Shown here: positions 13,431 through 27,784 of the stretch, piece after piece
Numbering within the stretch: the stretch's first letter is position 1
Layout of the letters: each line of letters opens with the position of its first letter
Assembly: GCF_009914755.1 (NCBI RefSeq)
Contig: NC_060927.1
Direction: 5' to 3' (one strand)
Source of the DNA: the human T2T-CHM13v2.0 reference genome, Homo sapiens
DNA: 64,000 nucleotides
Program-made: the position numbers and the translations under genes
The notes under the pieces: model-generated
Told to the model about the DNA's origin: nothing
The model's input: the letters and a program-made list of their open reading frames with translations, nothing else
The model's database searches: none

Positions 13431-13589
13431 TTGTTAAATAATAAAATAAAATGTAAAAATTTCATGACTGGTTCTCTAAACAAATATTATAACAATACAA
13501 TGACTTCCATCTACTACATGGCCGTGGAGTAACTATTAGTCTTTTCAGAAATGGAAAAGAGACACAAGAGAAAGCACCAATAGCAAGAA

Positions 13590-13765
13590 GTGTGCTAAGA
13601 CGTTTGCAAACCTTTTCTTAGTAATTCACATTACAAACCTCCAAGACAGAGATGTTAATATGTTCATTATATAAATGAGGAAGCTGAGACTCAAAAAGAT
13701 TAAGAAATTTGTCAAAGTTTACAGTAAGCAGTTGGCAAATCCTGTTTTTGAAGATAATGCCTTCA
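13590..13765 (-). mobile_element. MIR
   Basis: ATAAATGAGGAAGCTGAGACTCAAAAAGATTAAG core. Confidence 0.8.
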
Positions 13766-14049
13766 TCGACTAAGCTGCATTGCTGCGTATCAGCAGAGAG
13801 GATAGAGTTACTGGACTCTGGCAGGATGCGTGATTGGTATGCTCCAATTTCCAGAGCAGAGAGATATTTGTCTGATAGCCCTGTGGGATCAGGGGTGTTC
13901 ACTTTGTGAATGAGAAGATATCTCTTTGGAAAACTCTGCCTAATGTCCAACATCATGGAAAATCACCATTTTGCCATGATACTCAGGTAGAATAGTTGGT
14001 CCTGTGTATGGTACAGTAAAGTATGTCATACAATCAATTTTAATTCTAA

Positions 14050-14414
<365 letters not shown>

Positions 14415-14454
14415 CAGATTTAATTTTTTAATCTACAAACTGAGAATGATGATT

Positions 14455-14560
14455 ACAGCTTCTGATTCTGATTCCATAATTCTGGGGTAACGGCTGAGAA
14501 CTTGCATTTCTAAGTGATGCTTGGTGTCACTGTTGGAAGACTGTACTTTGAGAGTCACTG
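14455..14560. mobile_element. MER5A fragment
   Basis: GGCTGAGAACTTGCATTTCTAA..ACTTTGAGAGTCACTG. Confidence 0.65.
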
Positions 14561-15336
14561 ACTTAGGACATGAGGAATTAATTCTCCCTCATAACCTCAA
14601 TTGAGAACTCCACAAATTCTAGCTGTTATTTTTTCTTCAATAACTGTTTAGCAATCTCACTATTTATATTTATTGTATTTATTTTCTGCCTCTTTGATAA
14701 AATTTGATGTAATACATTATCCTGTAGCACTTTGTTGGTTTGTATGTGTAAGGTACACTGCTTTGTTTGCATAATGCTACATGCTTTAGCTTTGGAGTAT
14801 TTCTCTTCTTCTGTTATTCCTTGGCAATATGGAGCATCTATAGCCATTTTGCCAGGCCACCTGCATCTTGGTCACACAAATTGCAGCAGGCGTAGAATGT
14901 CCTCCTTTCTGGTTTCTGTTGTTTAATTTTCTTTCAATACACTGTGCCCAGAATCCAAAAAGCAGGAAGTACAGAAGGCCCAGCCACACTTCAATGCTAT
15001 ATATGCCTTTAACATCACTCACCATCTGTTTTTCCAAGAGGCTGAAACAAATTTTTGTTTTGTTTGACTTAATAGTCCTGGGCAGCAAAAAATAAGACCC
15101 ATGCCAGAATGTCTTCCACTTAGTAGTCTCTTTAAAAAGGATGTCTAACTCAAGGTGTTTTTTTTTTTTTTTTTAAATGACAAGAAAGATTGTTCCCATT
15201 TCCTACTTGGAATGGTCATGAGTGTGAAAGAGGGAAGACAAGGCTGAGAGCTGCTGCAAGGACTACTCAACCTCATTTTTAAAAATCCTATAATCCACCC
15301 ATTCTTTCCAGGTCTAGCTAAAACTCCATAATATCT

Positions 15337-15830
15337 GTATCAATCAGGATCTAGCCAGAAAAATAAAATCAAGTAATTCAATTAGAAGGAATGCTGTATG
15401 GGGAATTAGTAAAAAGGCATTAGAAGAGCTAAAAGTGCATGTAGGAAAAGGAAAAGCAAACCAGACAATAGCAATTCCTAGAAGCTGTCATCAACTTCAA
15501 GTCTGAAGGGACAGAGGGAGGGGTGATGTAACCATGGCTTAGAGCCACTTGGCAGAAGCTAGAACTAGAAATGGACCAACCTAATGGGACTGGGAAGAAC
15601 TGTGAAGTCACAGGTCTACTGCTCAAGGAATGAGATACTGCTCAAAAAAGAGAAAGGGAGAAATATCCTGGTTTATCTCATTTTTCCATCTTCCTCTCAT
15701 CGTCTACCAGTGAGTACTTCCCATTGTCCCAACCTAGGCAGAAAAGGAGTCTGGGAAATGTGGTTTGCAGGGTCAGACCTCTCTGATTGACTATAAGGGA
15801 TCTGAATGCAAAGAAGCAAATGGATGTCAT
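15337..15830. mobile_element. Ancient solo LTR (LTR78/LTR79-like)
   Basis: Begins TGTATCAATCAGGATCTAGCCAG; GGGAAATGTGGTTTGCAGGGTCAG; related copy at 47610-47850. Confidence 0.55.
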
Positions 15831-15989
15831 AATGCCTCACCTATCAGTCTTTCATGTACTCAAAGTTAAAAGTAGCATTTATTAAACCAGTTATTTCATT
15901 CTGCTTTGACTCTAATTAGCTGGTAACTTATCTGTTGGATTTCATAAAATGCAACAGTTAATAGTAGGAAGTGCATGCTGCCTCACCGT

Positions 15990-16240
15990 TTACTGGTTCT
16001 GTGGCTTTCATCAAAAGACCTCTTTGAATCTTAATTCCACCATCTGTAAAATTCAGGTAATACTGTTACTATATCACAGGGTTGTTGTGGGGATTAAATA
16101 AGATAATGTTTATATGGCAGTTAGCACAATGTCTGGCACACAAACAACACTCATTATTAAGGGAACAGATCTTGTCTCATTTGTTTTATGTATTTTATAG
16201 CACTATGCACATCACAGACCCCTCAAATAGTAGTTGAAGA
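15990..16240 (+). mobile_element. MIR core followed by L2 3' tail
   Basis: CATCTGTAAAAT..CACAGGGTTGTTGTGGGGATTAAATAAGATAATG. Confidence 0.8.
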
Positions 16241-19200
16241 CAAAAGTCAGTGATCTGTGACATCTACCTGTTTGCTTCACTTTCTGGCTAATTGTAATTC
16301 TTATAAACTGATTCTTGTTTATTCAAGAAGAGTTGGAGAAAGTATCAAGTGTATTGGGATATCTCAGCACTTCAGAAATGTTTCATACTTAGCCATCTTA
16401 GATAAAATTGAGTTTTAAAGTTGGAATTTTTCATAGTGGTTTGATCTTTAATGTGGAGCCTTTCAACAGTTCAAGTAAAATGTGCCACTTGGATACCAAT
16501 TATGTTGTCATTGCAGTTATTACTTTAGAAGAATAAGTCAATTTGCCTTTTGTTTGCCCTAAAAGAAAGCGCCAACCAGGTCAAGTTGGTCATCACTTTA
16601 TGTTATTTTGTTTGAAAAATGCACAGTGAGCCTGTTTGCAATGCAAAGCAATGAACATTTCTAATTTCAGCATTTCATTTTCTTAGGGTATCTGTGCTTG
16701 TCTAGAGTCATGTCACTTACACATTTAAGGCTGGTTTACAGCTTCAGAAGGGCTGAGCAACCTGTTTCATTTGTATAAAGATACATTGAAAGCAAGAAGG
16801 ATCAAGGCACCACCCATCTTTTGGTTCTGGCAAATCCTTTCATTATTCATTTTGGAATGAGTTGGGGAAAAAACAACCCATTTTTGTTGTTTTATAGCTG
16901 ATCATTGGCAACATGATGATAAATGGATTTAAAAGTCACCACAAAAATAAAAGAGTAAAAGTTGAATTTTACATTATTGAGTTATTAAGACAAATTCTAA
17001 AGCTAAAACATTATACTCTTTTTTATATTACCATATTCATCTAGATAAAAGTCTTATTTTTTATTCTAAATGCAACATTTTTAAGAGATTATATTTTGCA
17101 GTTTTAGAGAAAGGTCATTGAAAGGTGGAGAATGAACCACTAGAATAAGAAAGAGACATATAAAAGTCTTAAATTCAAGTAAACATTGTCTTGATATCTA
17201 AAATTTAGACTGTAGCATTGCATTTTACATACCATTTAGAGAGAGCCAGTTCCTGCATTTGAACTTAGATTCCGTAAAAGCATGTGAAGCATCATTAGAA
17301 CTTTATGGCTATGTTGCTTTTCTTGATTTTTTTTTGTTTTCTTACAATAAAGAGACTGTCAGGCTCCCTGTGGCTTGAGTCCAAGGCTCACAACTTACAA
17401 TATAGTCATGTACTACACATCGATGTTTCAGTCAATGACAGACTACATACATAACGAAGTTCCCATAAGATTAAAATGGAGCTATGGAGTGGCTAAGATG
17501 GCCGACTAGAAGCAGCTAGTGTGTGTGCCTCTCATGGAGAGGAACAGAAAGGTCAAGTGAATACAACACCTTCAACTGAAACATTGAGGTACTCGCATTG
17601 GGATTAATCAAGGAAACAACCTGGTCCATAGAGAATGAAGGAAAACAAGAGAGGATAATGGCCTACCTAGGAACAATATGCAGCCAGGGGATCGTCCCTT
17701 GCCCGGGGAAGTAGTGAATGAATGAGTGATCCTAGGAAACCATGCTTCTCCAACCGATTTTTGCAACCCTCAGGGCAGGAGATCTCCTTGTGAAATCACT
17801 CCACCAGAGCCAAGTTTTCAGTCTGACAGACACAGTTATGTGGAGTCTCAGCAGAGCGGCTGCTCAGGCATGTGTAGAGACCCTACAGCCTTAGATATTC
17901 CGGCTTTCCAGGAAAAGTAGCTGCAGCTCCTGAAAGGTAGGAGGTTAGACTCCTGTACACACCCCTAGGAATGAGGCTAAAACCAGGTGGTTGAGTAGCA
18001 ACAGCTCACAGACCCCACTTCCATGGCACCTCACAAGATAACAACTGGTTGGGAATTCCAGCCAGCTATGAGTAGTGGTATTGCACCCTCCTAAGAAGGA
18101 GCTCCCAGGGAGAGGGGCGGGCCACTATTTTTGCTGTTTGGGCACTTTAGCCATTCTAGCCTTCAGGCTTTAGAAAGTTAGAACCAATCTAGGGTGGAAT
18201 GGATTCCCAAGCACAGCACAGCTCTTCTACCAGACAGTTGCTTTAAGCAGGGGTCTGATCTCATTCCTACTCACTGGGCAAGAACTCGCGAAAGGGGTCA
18301 CCAGCCACCCCCACAGATGCCTTTGGGCCAGCAGCAGGTTTATACCTCCCTGGGACAAAGCTCCCAGCAGGAGGGACAGGCTGCCATCTTTGCTGTTTCA
18401 CAGCCTTCACTGGTGATACGTCCAGATTCTGGAAAATCTGAGATGACTAGGAACTGGAGCAGCCTCAAGCATACTGCAGCAGCCCTGCAGAAAAGTGGCC
18501 AGAATGTTACCTGAGTGCCCATTCCCATCTCTCCTCTTTGGGCAGGTATTCCAGGCCTGGGCCTCCAGCCACCCACTGCCAGAGCTATTGAGCCAGCACC
18601 AACTCAGCAACTTTCTGGACAGAGCCTCCAGGGGGAACTTGAAAGCCTCTCTGCCACTGCTTCTGCAGTGGAACTGTGCTTGCCACCCTCAGACTAACGA
18701 AGAAGCAAAGACCCTAAGTGCCTTATCCACACCTTCAACAAGCAGAAGTTGACCCAAGGAGAGGAGGCCAGTCCATTTCCCGTGGGTCCCATACACCCCT
18801 CACAGCTTGTCATCAGACAGGGAACATCTGGCTTGGGACCACAGCACAAACCCTCCATCTTGGGCTGACTGCACCAAGTGATTGCTGATCTGCATCTGTC
18901 TGGGTGGAGTCCCCAGGAATCAAGCAAATGACCCTCGGCCACAACCACTACTAAGATCTCTTCTGCTGCCTCTAAGCTGGACAAGAAACATAAACACTTA
19001 GATTGCCCCAGAGCCATAGTAGGCAGCCCAGAAGTGTAAAGTTGTGAACTACAGCCGGGACTCAAGGAGGAGAGGAACCCACACTTTCAGAGAACTGAGA
19101 GGAAACACGGCTCCAACTATGAGGAAACCTAGGGGATCCACACAACTGAGCAAGAATCTACCAACTGACCAAAAATTCTAAGTGCCAGCTGCTGGATCAC

Positions 19201-19381
19201 ACCCCAAAGCTTCAACACCAAAAATACCTCACTAACATACCCCACTCTGAAATCAGATGCAAGAAGTCAGCTTGAAATAAAGACCCTGCAGAAAGCCTCA
19301 GCCTGGTGAAAACATCCAAAAAAGAAGTATATTGACTGCTCTCGGTCTACACTGAAGTTAAAAGAACATCCACACACAGAG

Positions 19382-20400
19382 ATGAGAAAGAAAAATGCAA
19401 GAACTCCAGTAACTCAAATGGCCACAGTGTCATCTGTTCTCCAAATGACCGCACTAATTCTTCAAGAAGAGTTCTTAACCAGGACTAACTGGCTGTAATG
19501 ACAAAAATAGAATTTGGAATATTTCTATAGATAGGAGCAAAGATCATAAAGATTCAGGAAAATGGGAAAACCAATCCAAGTAAAATAAGAGTCACAATAA
19601 AGTCATACAGGAGCTGAAGGACAAAATAGCTAGTAAAAAAAAGAAACTAGTGGGTCTGACAGAGCTGAATAACACAATACAAGAATTTCACATGCAATCA
19701 CAAGTATTAACAACAGAGTAAACCAAGCTTAAGGAAGAATCTCAGAACTTGAAGACTGGTTCTCTGAAATAAGAAAGTCAGACAAAAATAAAGAAAGAAT
19801 AAAAATGAATAAACAAAACCTCCAAGAAGTATGGAATTATGTAAAGAGGCCAAATCTATGAACCATTGATATCCCTGAAAGGGAGGGGGAGAAAACAAAC
19901 AATTTGGAAAATATGTTTCAGGATATCATCCATGAAAACGTCCCCAGCTTTGCTAGAGGGATCAACAGTCAAATTCAGGACATAAAGAGAACTCCTCCAA
20001 GGTTCTATACAAGAAGATCATCCCCAAGACACATAATTTTCAGATTTTCCAAGGTTGAAAATGAAAGAAAAAATGTTAAAGGCAGTTAGAGAGAAAGGGC
20101 AGGTCACCTAAAAAGGGAACCCCCATCAGGCTAACAGCAGACCTTTCAGCTGAAACCCTACAGGCCAGAAGAGATTGGGAGCCTACATTCAACATTCTTC
20201 AAGAAAAAAAAAAAAATTCAATCAAGAAATTTATATCCAGTCAAATTAAGCTTCCTACGAAGAGGAGAAATAAGAGTCTTTTGAGATAAGCAAATGCTGA
20301 GAGACTTCATTACCACCAGATCTGCCTTACCAGAGATCTTGAAAGAAGCACTAAATATAAAAGGAAAGACCACTACCAGCTAATACATAAACACACTTAA
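19382..20400 (+). pseudogene. L1 ORF1p remnant (disrupted)
   Basis: ATGAGAAAG start; fragment ENMFQDIIHEN..RSSPRHIIFRFSKV; frameshifts. Confidence 0.85.
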
Positions 20401-20469
20401 ACACACAGACCAGTGTCACTGTAAAGCAACCACACAAACAAGCCAATATAAAAACCAGTGAACAGTGCA

Positions 20470-23400
20470 ATGACAAGATAGAATCCACACATATCAAAAC
20501 TAACTTTGAATGTAAACAGGCTAAAGAGGCCCCACTTAAAAGACACAGAGTGGCATCCTGGATAAAGAAGCAAAACTCAATGGTATGCGTCTTTAGGAGA
20601 CTTATCTTACATGTAATGACAGTCATAGGCTCAAAATGAAGTGTTGGAGAAAAATCTTCCGAGCAAATGGAAAACAGAAATAAGCAGGAGTTGCAATCAT
20701 AATTTCAGACAAAACAGATTTCAAAACAACAAAGATAAAAAAGACAGGAAGGGCATTACATCATGGTAAAGGGTTCAATTCAATAAGAAGACCTAACTAT
20801 CCTAAATACATATGCACCCAACACAGGAGCACTCGGATTCAAATAGAAAGTTCTTAGAGACCTACAAAGAGACACAGACTCCCACACAATAATAGTGTGA
20901 GACTTCAACACTCCACTGAAATTATTAAACAGGTCATCAAGGCAGAAAATTAACAGAGGTATTCAGGACCTAAACTCAGCATTGGACCAAATGGATCTGA
21001 CAGACATTTACAGAAGCCTCCACCCCAAAACAACAGAGTATACATTATTCCCATCACCACAACCACATTCTTGGACCACAATTCAATAAAAATAGAAGTC
21101 AACACAATGAAAATTGCTCAAAACCATAAAATTACATGGAAATTAAACAACATGCTGCTGAATGACTTTTCAGAAAATAATGAAATTAAGGCAGAAATCA
21201 AGAAGTTCTTTGAAAATAATCAGAACAAATGTACACCATACAAGAATTTCTGGGACACAGCTAAGACAGTATTAAGAGGAAGATTCATAGAACTAAATGC
21301 CCACATCAAAAAATCAGAAAGACCTCAAATTAACATCCTAACTTCACAACTGAAAGAATTAGAGAAGCAAGAACAAATCAACCCCAAAGATAGCAGAAGA
21401 CAAGAAATAACAAAAATCAGAGCTGAACGTAAGGAAATTGAGACACAAGAAACCATTTAAAAGATCAACAAATCCAGAAGTTGACTTTTTGAAAAAAATA
21501 AAATAGACCACCAGCTAGACTAATTAAGAAGAAAATAGAAAAGATCCAAATAAATACAATTAGAAATGACAAAGACAATGTTACTACTGACCCCACAGAA
21601 ATCAAAACAACCATAAGAAACTACTGTGAACACCTCTACACACACAAACTAGAAAACCTAGAAGAGATGGATAAATTCCTGGACACATACACCTTCCCAA
21701 GACTGATCCAGGAAGAAGTTGATTCCTTGAACAGACCAATGATGAGTTCCAAAATTGAATCAGTAATAAATAGCCTACCAACCAAGAAAGCCCAGGACAT
21801 GAGGGATTCACAGCCAAATTCTACCAGATGTACAAAGAAGAGCTGGTGCCATTCCTGCAGAAACTACTCCAAAAACATGAGGAGGAGGGACTTCTCCCCA
21901 ACTCATTCCATGAGACCAGCATCCTCTTGATACCAAAACCTGGCAGAGACACAAACAAAAAACATAACTTAAGGCCAACACCCTTGATGATTATTGATGC
22001 AAAAATCTTCAACAAAACACAAATCAAATGCAGCAGCACATCCAAAAACTAATCCATCATTATCAAGTAGGCTTCATCTATCTCTAGGATGCAAGGTTAG
22101 TTTAATATACTAAAATCAATAAGTGTAATTCATCACATAAACAGAACTAAAGACAAAACCACATGATTATCTCAAGAGATACAGAAGAGGCTTTTGATAA
22201 AATTCAACATCCTTTCATATTAAAAATAATAACAGCCATCTATGACAAATCCACAGCCAACATTATACTGACTGGGCAAAAATTAGAAGCATTCTCTTTG
22301 AAAACTGGCACAAGACAAGGATGCCCTCTCTCACCACTTCTATTCAACATAGTATTGGAAATCTTAGCCAGAGCAATCAGGCAAGAGAAAGAAAGAAATG
22401 ACATCCAAATAGGAAGAGAGAAAGTCAAACTGTCTCTGCAGAGGACATGATTCTATATCTAGAAAACCCCATAGACTTGGCCCAAAAGCTCCTTCAGCTG
22501 ATAAACAATTTCAGCAAAGTTTCAGGATACAAAATCAATGTACAAAATTTACTAGCACTCTTATAAATGAACCACAATGAAACTGAGAGCCAAATCAATT
22601 TCATTTGCAATTGCCACAAAAAAAGGAAAAAATAAATAAATAAAACTCTAGGAATACAGCTAACCAGGGAAGTGAAAGATCTCTATAATGAGATTACAAA
22701 ACACTGTTGAAAGACATCAGAGAAGCCACAAACAGGTGGAAAAACATCCCATGCTTATGGATTATGGATAGGAAGAATCAATATGATTAAAATGGCTATA
22801 ATGCTTAAAGCAATTTACAGATTCAATATTATTCCTATCAAACTACCAACGACATTCTTCACAGAACTAGAAAAAATTATTTTAAAATTTATATGGAATG
22901 AAAAAAGAGTCCAAATAGCCAAGACAAAAAGGGCAAAGTTGGAAGAATCATGTTACTCAACTTCAAAATATACTACAAGGCTGCAGTGACCAAAACAGCA
23001 TGGTACTGGTACAAAAACAGGCACATAGACCAATAGAACAGAATAGAGAGCCCAGAAATAAGGTCAGCCACACATCTGCAACCATCTGATCTTACAAAGC
23101 TGACAAAAACCAGCAATGGGGAAAAGACTCCCGATTCAATAAATGGTGTTGGGATAACTAGCTAGCCATATGCAGAAGATTGAAGCTGGACACCTTCCTT
23201 ACACCATATACAAAAATCAACCCAAGATGGATTAAAGACTTAACTGTAAAACCCAAAAGTATAAAAACCCTGGAAGACCACCTAGGCAATACCACTAGGA
23301 ATGGGTGTCTTTCATGACAAAGACACCAAATCAATCATAACAAAAGCAAAAACGGACAGATGGGATGTAATTAAAGAGCTTCAGCATAGCAAAGGAAACT

Positions 23401-24140
23401 TTCAACAGAGTAAACAGACAACCTATAGAATGGGGGAAAATATTTGCAAACCATGCATCTGACAAAGGTCTAATATCCATCATCTATAAGAAACTTAAAT
23501 TTACAAGAGAAAAACAACCCCATTAAAAAGTGGATGAGGGACTGAACAGACACTTCTCAAAAGAAGACATACATGCAGCCAACAAGGATATGAAAAAAAG
23601 CTTAACATCACCATTCATTAGAGAAGTGCAAATCAAAACCACCACGAGACCATCTCAGACCATTCAGAATGACTATTATTAGAAAGTCAAAAAACAACAG
23701 ATGCTGGTGAGGTTGTGGAGAAAAAGAAATACTTTTAAACTGTTGGTAGGCGTGTAAATTAGTTCAACTGTTCTGGAAGACAAGACAGTGGTTCCTTAAA
23801 AACCTAGGGGCAGAAATACCATTAGACTCAGCAATCCCATTACTGGGTATATACCCAAGGAAATATAAATCATTCTATTATAAAGATACACGCATGCATA
23901 TGTTTATTGCAGAATTACTCACAATAGCAAAGACATGGAATCAATCTAAATGCCCATTAATAACAGATTGGTTAAAGAAATTTGGTACCTATACACCGTG
24001 GAATACTATGCAGCCATAAAAATGAAGGAGATAATGTCTTTTGTGGGAACAAGTATGGAGTTGGAGGTTATTATCCTTAGCAAACTAATACAGGAACAGA
24101 GACCAAATACTGCATGTTTTCACTTATAAGCGGGCACTGA
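20470..24140 (+). pseudogene. L1 ORF2p (EN/RT) remnant (disrupted)
   Basis: Fragments [34 protein letters not shown]; many stops and frameshifts. Confidence 0.9.
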
Positions 24141-25944
24141 AGGATAAGAACTTGATGATTAAAAAGAAGGAAACAGCAGACACTGGGGTGTACATGAGCA
24201 GGGAGGGTGAGAGGAGGGAGAGGAGCAGAAAAGATAACTATTGGGTACTGGGCTTAATACCTGGGTGATGTAATAATATGTACAACAAATCCCCATGATA
24301 CGTGTTTATCTGTGTAACAAACCTTCACGTGGACCCCTGAACCTAAAATAAAAATTACCAAAAAATGGAGCCGAAAAATTTCTATTGCCTAGTGACCTCA
24401 TAGGTATGATAATGAGTGCAATGCATTACTCACATGTTTGTGGTGATCCTTGTGTAAACAAACCTGTGTTGCCTGGCATGTAAAAGCATAGCATATACAA
24501 TTATGTACATTACATAATACTTGATAATGATAATAAATGACTATGTCCCTGGTTTATGTGTTTACTGTACTATACTTTTTATCATTATTTTAGAGTGTAC
24601 TTCTGCTGATCAAAAGAAGGTTAACTGTAAAACAGCCTCAGGGAGGTACTGCAGGAAAAATTCTAGAAGAAGTCACTGTTATCATTGGAAACGACAGCTT
24701 CACATATATTATAGCGCATGAAGACCTTCCAGTGACAGAGGATGTTGAGGTGAAAGACACTGATATTGAAAATTCTGATCCCGTCTAGGTCTAGGCTAAT
24801 GTGTGTGTTTATGCCTTAGTTTTTAACAAAAATGCTTAAAAAGTAAAAAATAAAAATAAAAAAAGAAGAAAATGTATAGAATAAGGATATAAAGAGAGAA
24901 AATATTTTTCTTTAGCTATACAATTGTTTTTGTTTTAAGCCATGATTACAAATAATCAAAAGGTTTAAAAATGTTAAAAGTTTAAAAAGTAAAAGTGTTA
25001 CAATAAACTAAGATTAATTTATTTAAGAAAGAAAATTATTTTTAATAAATTTAGTGTTGCTTAAGTATACAGTGTTTCTAATGTCTGCAGAAGAGTACAA
25101 TAATGTCCTAGGTCTTCACATTCATTCACCACTCACTCGCCAACACCCAGAGCTACTTTCAGTCCTGCAGGCTCCATTCATGGTAAATGCCCTATATAGG
25201 TATCCTGTTTTTAATCTTTCATACCATATTTTACTGTATCTTTTCTACATTTAGATACACAAATATTTATTACTGTGTTACAACTGCATACAGTATTCAA
25301 TACAGTAACATGAACATGCTGTGCAAACTTATAGCCAAGGAGCAATAGGCTATATCATATAGCCTAGCTGTGTAATAGGCTAAACCATCTAGTTTTGTGT
25401 GAGTGCATTCTAGGATACTCATGCAAGAACAAAATTGCCTAACCATGCATTTCTTAGAACGTGTCTCTGTCATTAAGAGATACATGACTGTATTGAGCAT
25501 GCCTGAGTCGCTCATGTTGTAGGCTCTGATGCCAGGAGTCTGATTTCCTCTGCTGGACCATGAGAAGTTACCTTGGAATTAGACTTGTGAGTCTTTTGGA
25601 GGATACTGTATTTTTTTCTAGGTGGAATTAGATTAGTGGCATAATCTTTATTGAAGTCAGGTCCTTTTATATTCACTCATGAAGATTCTGTGGCAAAATG
25701 ATTGACTGGTTCAGGGAAAAGTCCAGATTAAAAGGCTTTATTCAACAGAAAAAGCTCAGCATGTTCAATAGTTCTAGTTCTTATCTATCTTGGCCTAACC
25801 GTCTTTGGTTGTCTAGGACTTTGTTTGCTCTCATTTAGCTGCTATTGGATCTTATCCAGAGCTTATGTTACACTAAGCATTAAGGCTTATATTAACCCTG
25901 AGTCTATTCAGCCCTTTAATATCATGCATTTTTTCATCCGAACA

Positions 25945-27120
25945 TCCATTTATTTATTCTTGCGATAATTCACTCCACAAATATTTATTGAACCCAGTTA
26001 AATGCCAAGTTCTCCGAGTGATGCTGGGGATAGATTGTCAGTATACTTTGCTTTTCAAGCAAAGCAAAACACAGTACCAGCCCTCATGTAGCTTACAATG
26101 CAGGTGATTTTTTTTTGAATCACACATATGAGTTTAAAACTATAGCTGTGATAAACTCACAAAAGAGATCTTCATAGTGCTATGAAAACCTAGAACAGAG
26201 GGATATGATCTACTCAAAATCAGATGTGCTTTAGATGAAAAATAGCAGGAATGAGAAGTAGGGTGTTTTAAGCATAGCACAAGGCCTTGCAGTAGGAAGT
26301 AACATATCTATGTCAAAGAACTAAAAGCACCAGTGGCTGAAGCACCAAGCAGGGGACAGCAAGATGATAAGTGATTCTGGAAAGACTAAGAGGACTTTAC
26401 AGGCCATATTGGGGGATTGGGGCAATTACCTTGAAACCAATGATAGGTTATTGTGTGATTTAAGCCAGGATTGTGACAGGATGGGAAGTTTATGTAGGGA
26501 TAAGGACATAGAAAGGTAACGTGTTCAGATACAAATTTTAAAAAGATCATCTGAGTACAATGTAGAAAAGGAGTACACCAATGTAAATGCTAAAGCAGTG
26601 GTAGAAGATAACCTGGAGTATGTTCCAAGAGAGATAAAATAATGGAGATAAAATATGCTGATATGGTTTGGCTGTGTCCCCACCCAAATCTCAACTTAAA
26701 TTGTGTCTCCCAAAATTCCCAAGTGTTGTGGGAGCAACCCAAGGGGAGGTAATTGAATCACGGGGGCTGGTCTTTTCTGTGCTATTCTGGTGATAGTGAA
26801 TAAGTCTCAAGATACCTGATGAGTTTATCAGGGGTTTCTGGTTTTGCTTCTTCCTCATTTTCTCTTGCTGTTGCCATGTAAGAAGTGCCTTTCACCTCTT
26901 ACTATGATTCTGAGGCCTCCCCAGCCATGTGGAACTGTAAGACCAATTTAACCTCTTTTTCTTCCCAGTCTCAGGTATGTCTTTATCAGCAGCGTGAAAA
27001 TAGGTTAATACATATGGTGAATGGAGGAAAAAAGCAAACTGAAGGATGTTTCTTGGGGTATGCCTTGTATAACCGAGTGTGTGATTATGCCATTAACTGA
27101 GAAGATAACACTGGAAAAGG
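25945..27120 (-). mobile_element. L2, interrupted by THE1A
   Basis: CAAATATTTATTGAAC..TGCCAAG..GCCCTCATGTAGCTTACA antisense L2 3' end; AAAAGATCATCTG motif. Confidence 0.7.
26659..27012 (+). mobile_element. THE1A solo LTR (MaLR)
   Basis: TGATATGGTTTGGCTGTGTCCCCACCCAAATCTC..AATACA; 5-bp TSD TATGC/TATGG. Confidence 0.93.
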
Positions 27121-27289
27121 ACTAGGACTATCTTGCTTGCCCACCTCCCCTTTGTCCACAGAGCATATCCAACATGGCAACATGCACATCCATTGGCTTT
27201 TATTACAGAATACGAGGAAGGCAAATGCAATGACCATTGGTACACCACACAATTGAAACTAACTTGTTCTACTGATATTTATTATAGCC

Positions 27290-27380
27290 AGTCAGTGTAA
27301 TGTAGTAGAAAGCATAAGCTTTGTAATTATACACACTGGATCTGAATCCAGGCTTACCACTTCTTAATTTTGAAATTGTG
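27290..27380 (+). mobile_element. MIR 5' fragment
   Basis: CAGTGTAATGTAGTAGAAAGCATAAGCTTTG..CTGGATCTGAATCCAGGCT. Confidence 0.65.
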
Positions 27381-27588
27381 GAGGTCTCTCAACCTCAACA
27401 TGGTTTACATTTTGGGCTGGATAATACTAGTTAGAAGGGGCTGACTATGCATTTTCGGGTAGAAGCATCCCTGGCTTGTACTCACTAGGTGCCAGTGGCC
27501 TTGCCCCCTTATTGTGACAACCGAAAAGGTCTTCAAACATGGCCAAATATCTCCCAGGGAGACAAAACTTCCTCCAGTTGAGAACTCT
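27381..27588 (-). mobile_element. MER20
   Basis: TCTCAACCTCAAC..GCATCCCTGGC..TTGTGACAACCGAAAAGGTCTTCAAACATGGCCAAAT..GTTGAGAACT. Confidence 0.85.
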
Positions 27589-27784
27589 TTTATTTTCCTT
27601 GATTTATATTTATATTATTTTAAAATAGCTATGATCTATTTACTTTCTTGTCATATCTACTTAATATATAGGGAATTAGAAATACAAAATTCAACATGAA
27701 AGTAAACATTTAGAATAATCTAATAATCATAACAATTTATAAATTTTAAAATTTACATTAACATAACAAAATCAAAACACTTTG

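Larger units (their letters stand above)
17484..24361 (+). mobile_element. Full-length L1PA12/13-like LINE-1 (~6.9 kb, defective)
   Basis: 5' AAGATGGCCGACTAGAAGCAGC, ~1.9 kb 5'UTR, ORF1 and ORF2 remnants, 3'UTR AGAAAAGATAACTATTGGGTACTGGGC; TSD AAAATGGAGC at 17473-17482 and 24362-24371. Confidence 0.95.
17403..25490 (+). mobile_element. Tigger3b, split by an L1 into 17403-17483 and 24362-25490
   Basis: TIRs TAGTCATG / CATGACTG flanked by TA; CCCATAAGATTAAAATGGAGC resumes as AAAATGGAGCCGAAAAATTTCTATTGCCTAGTGAC. Confidence 0.92.

Noticed and set aside
14626-15095. Cluster of overlapping 64-100 aa ORFs on both strands
   Set aside because: No recognisable protein similarity, and no polyA tail or TSD to suggest a processed pseudogene.
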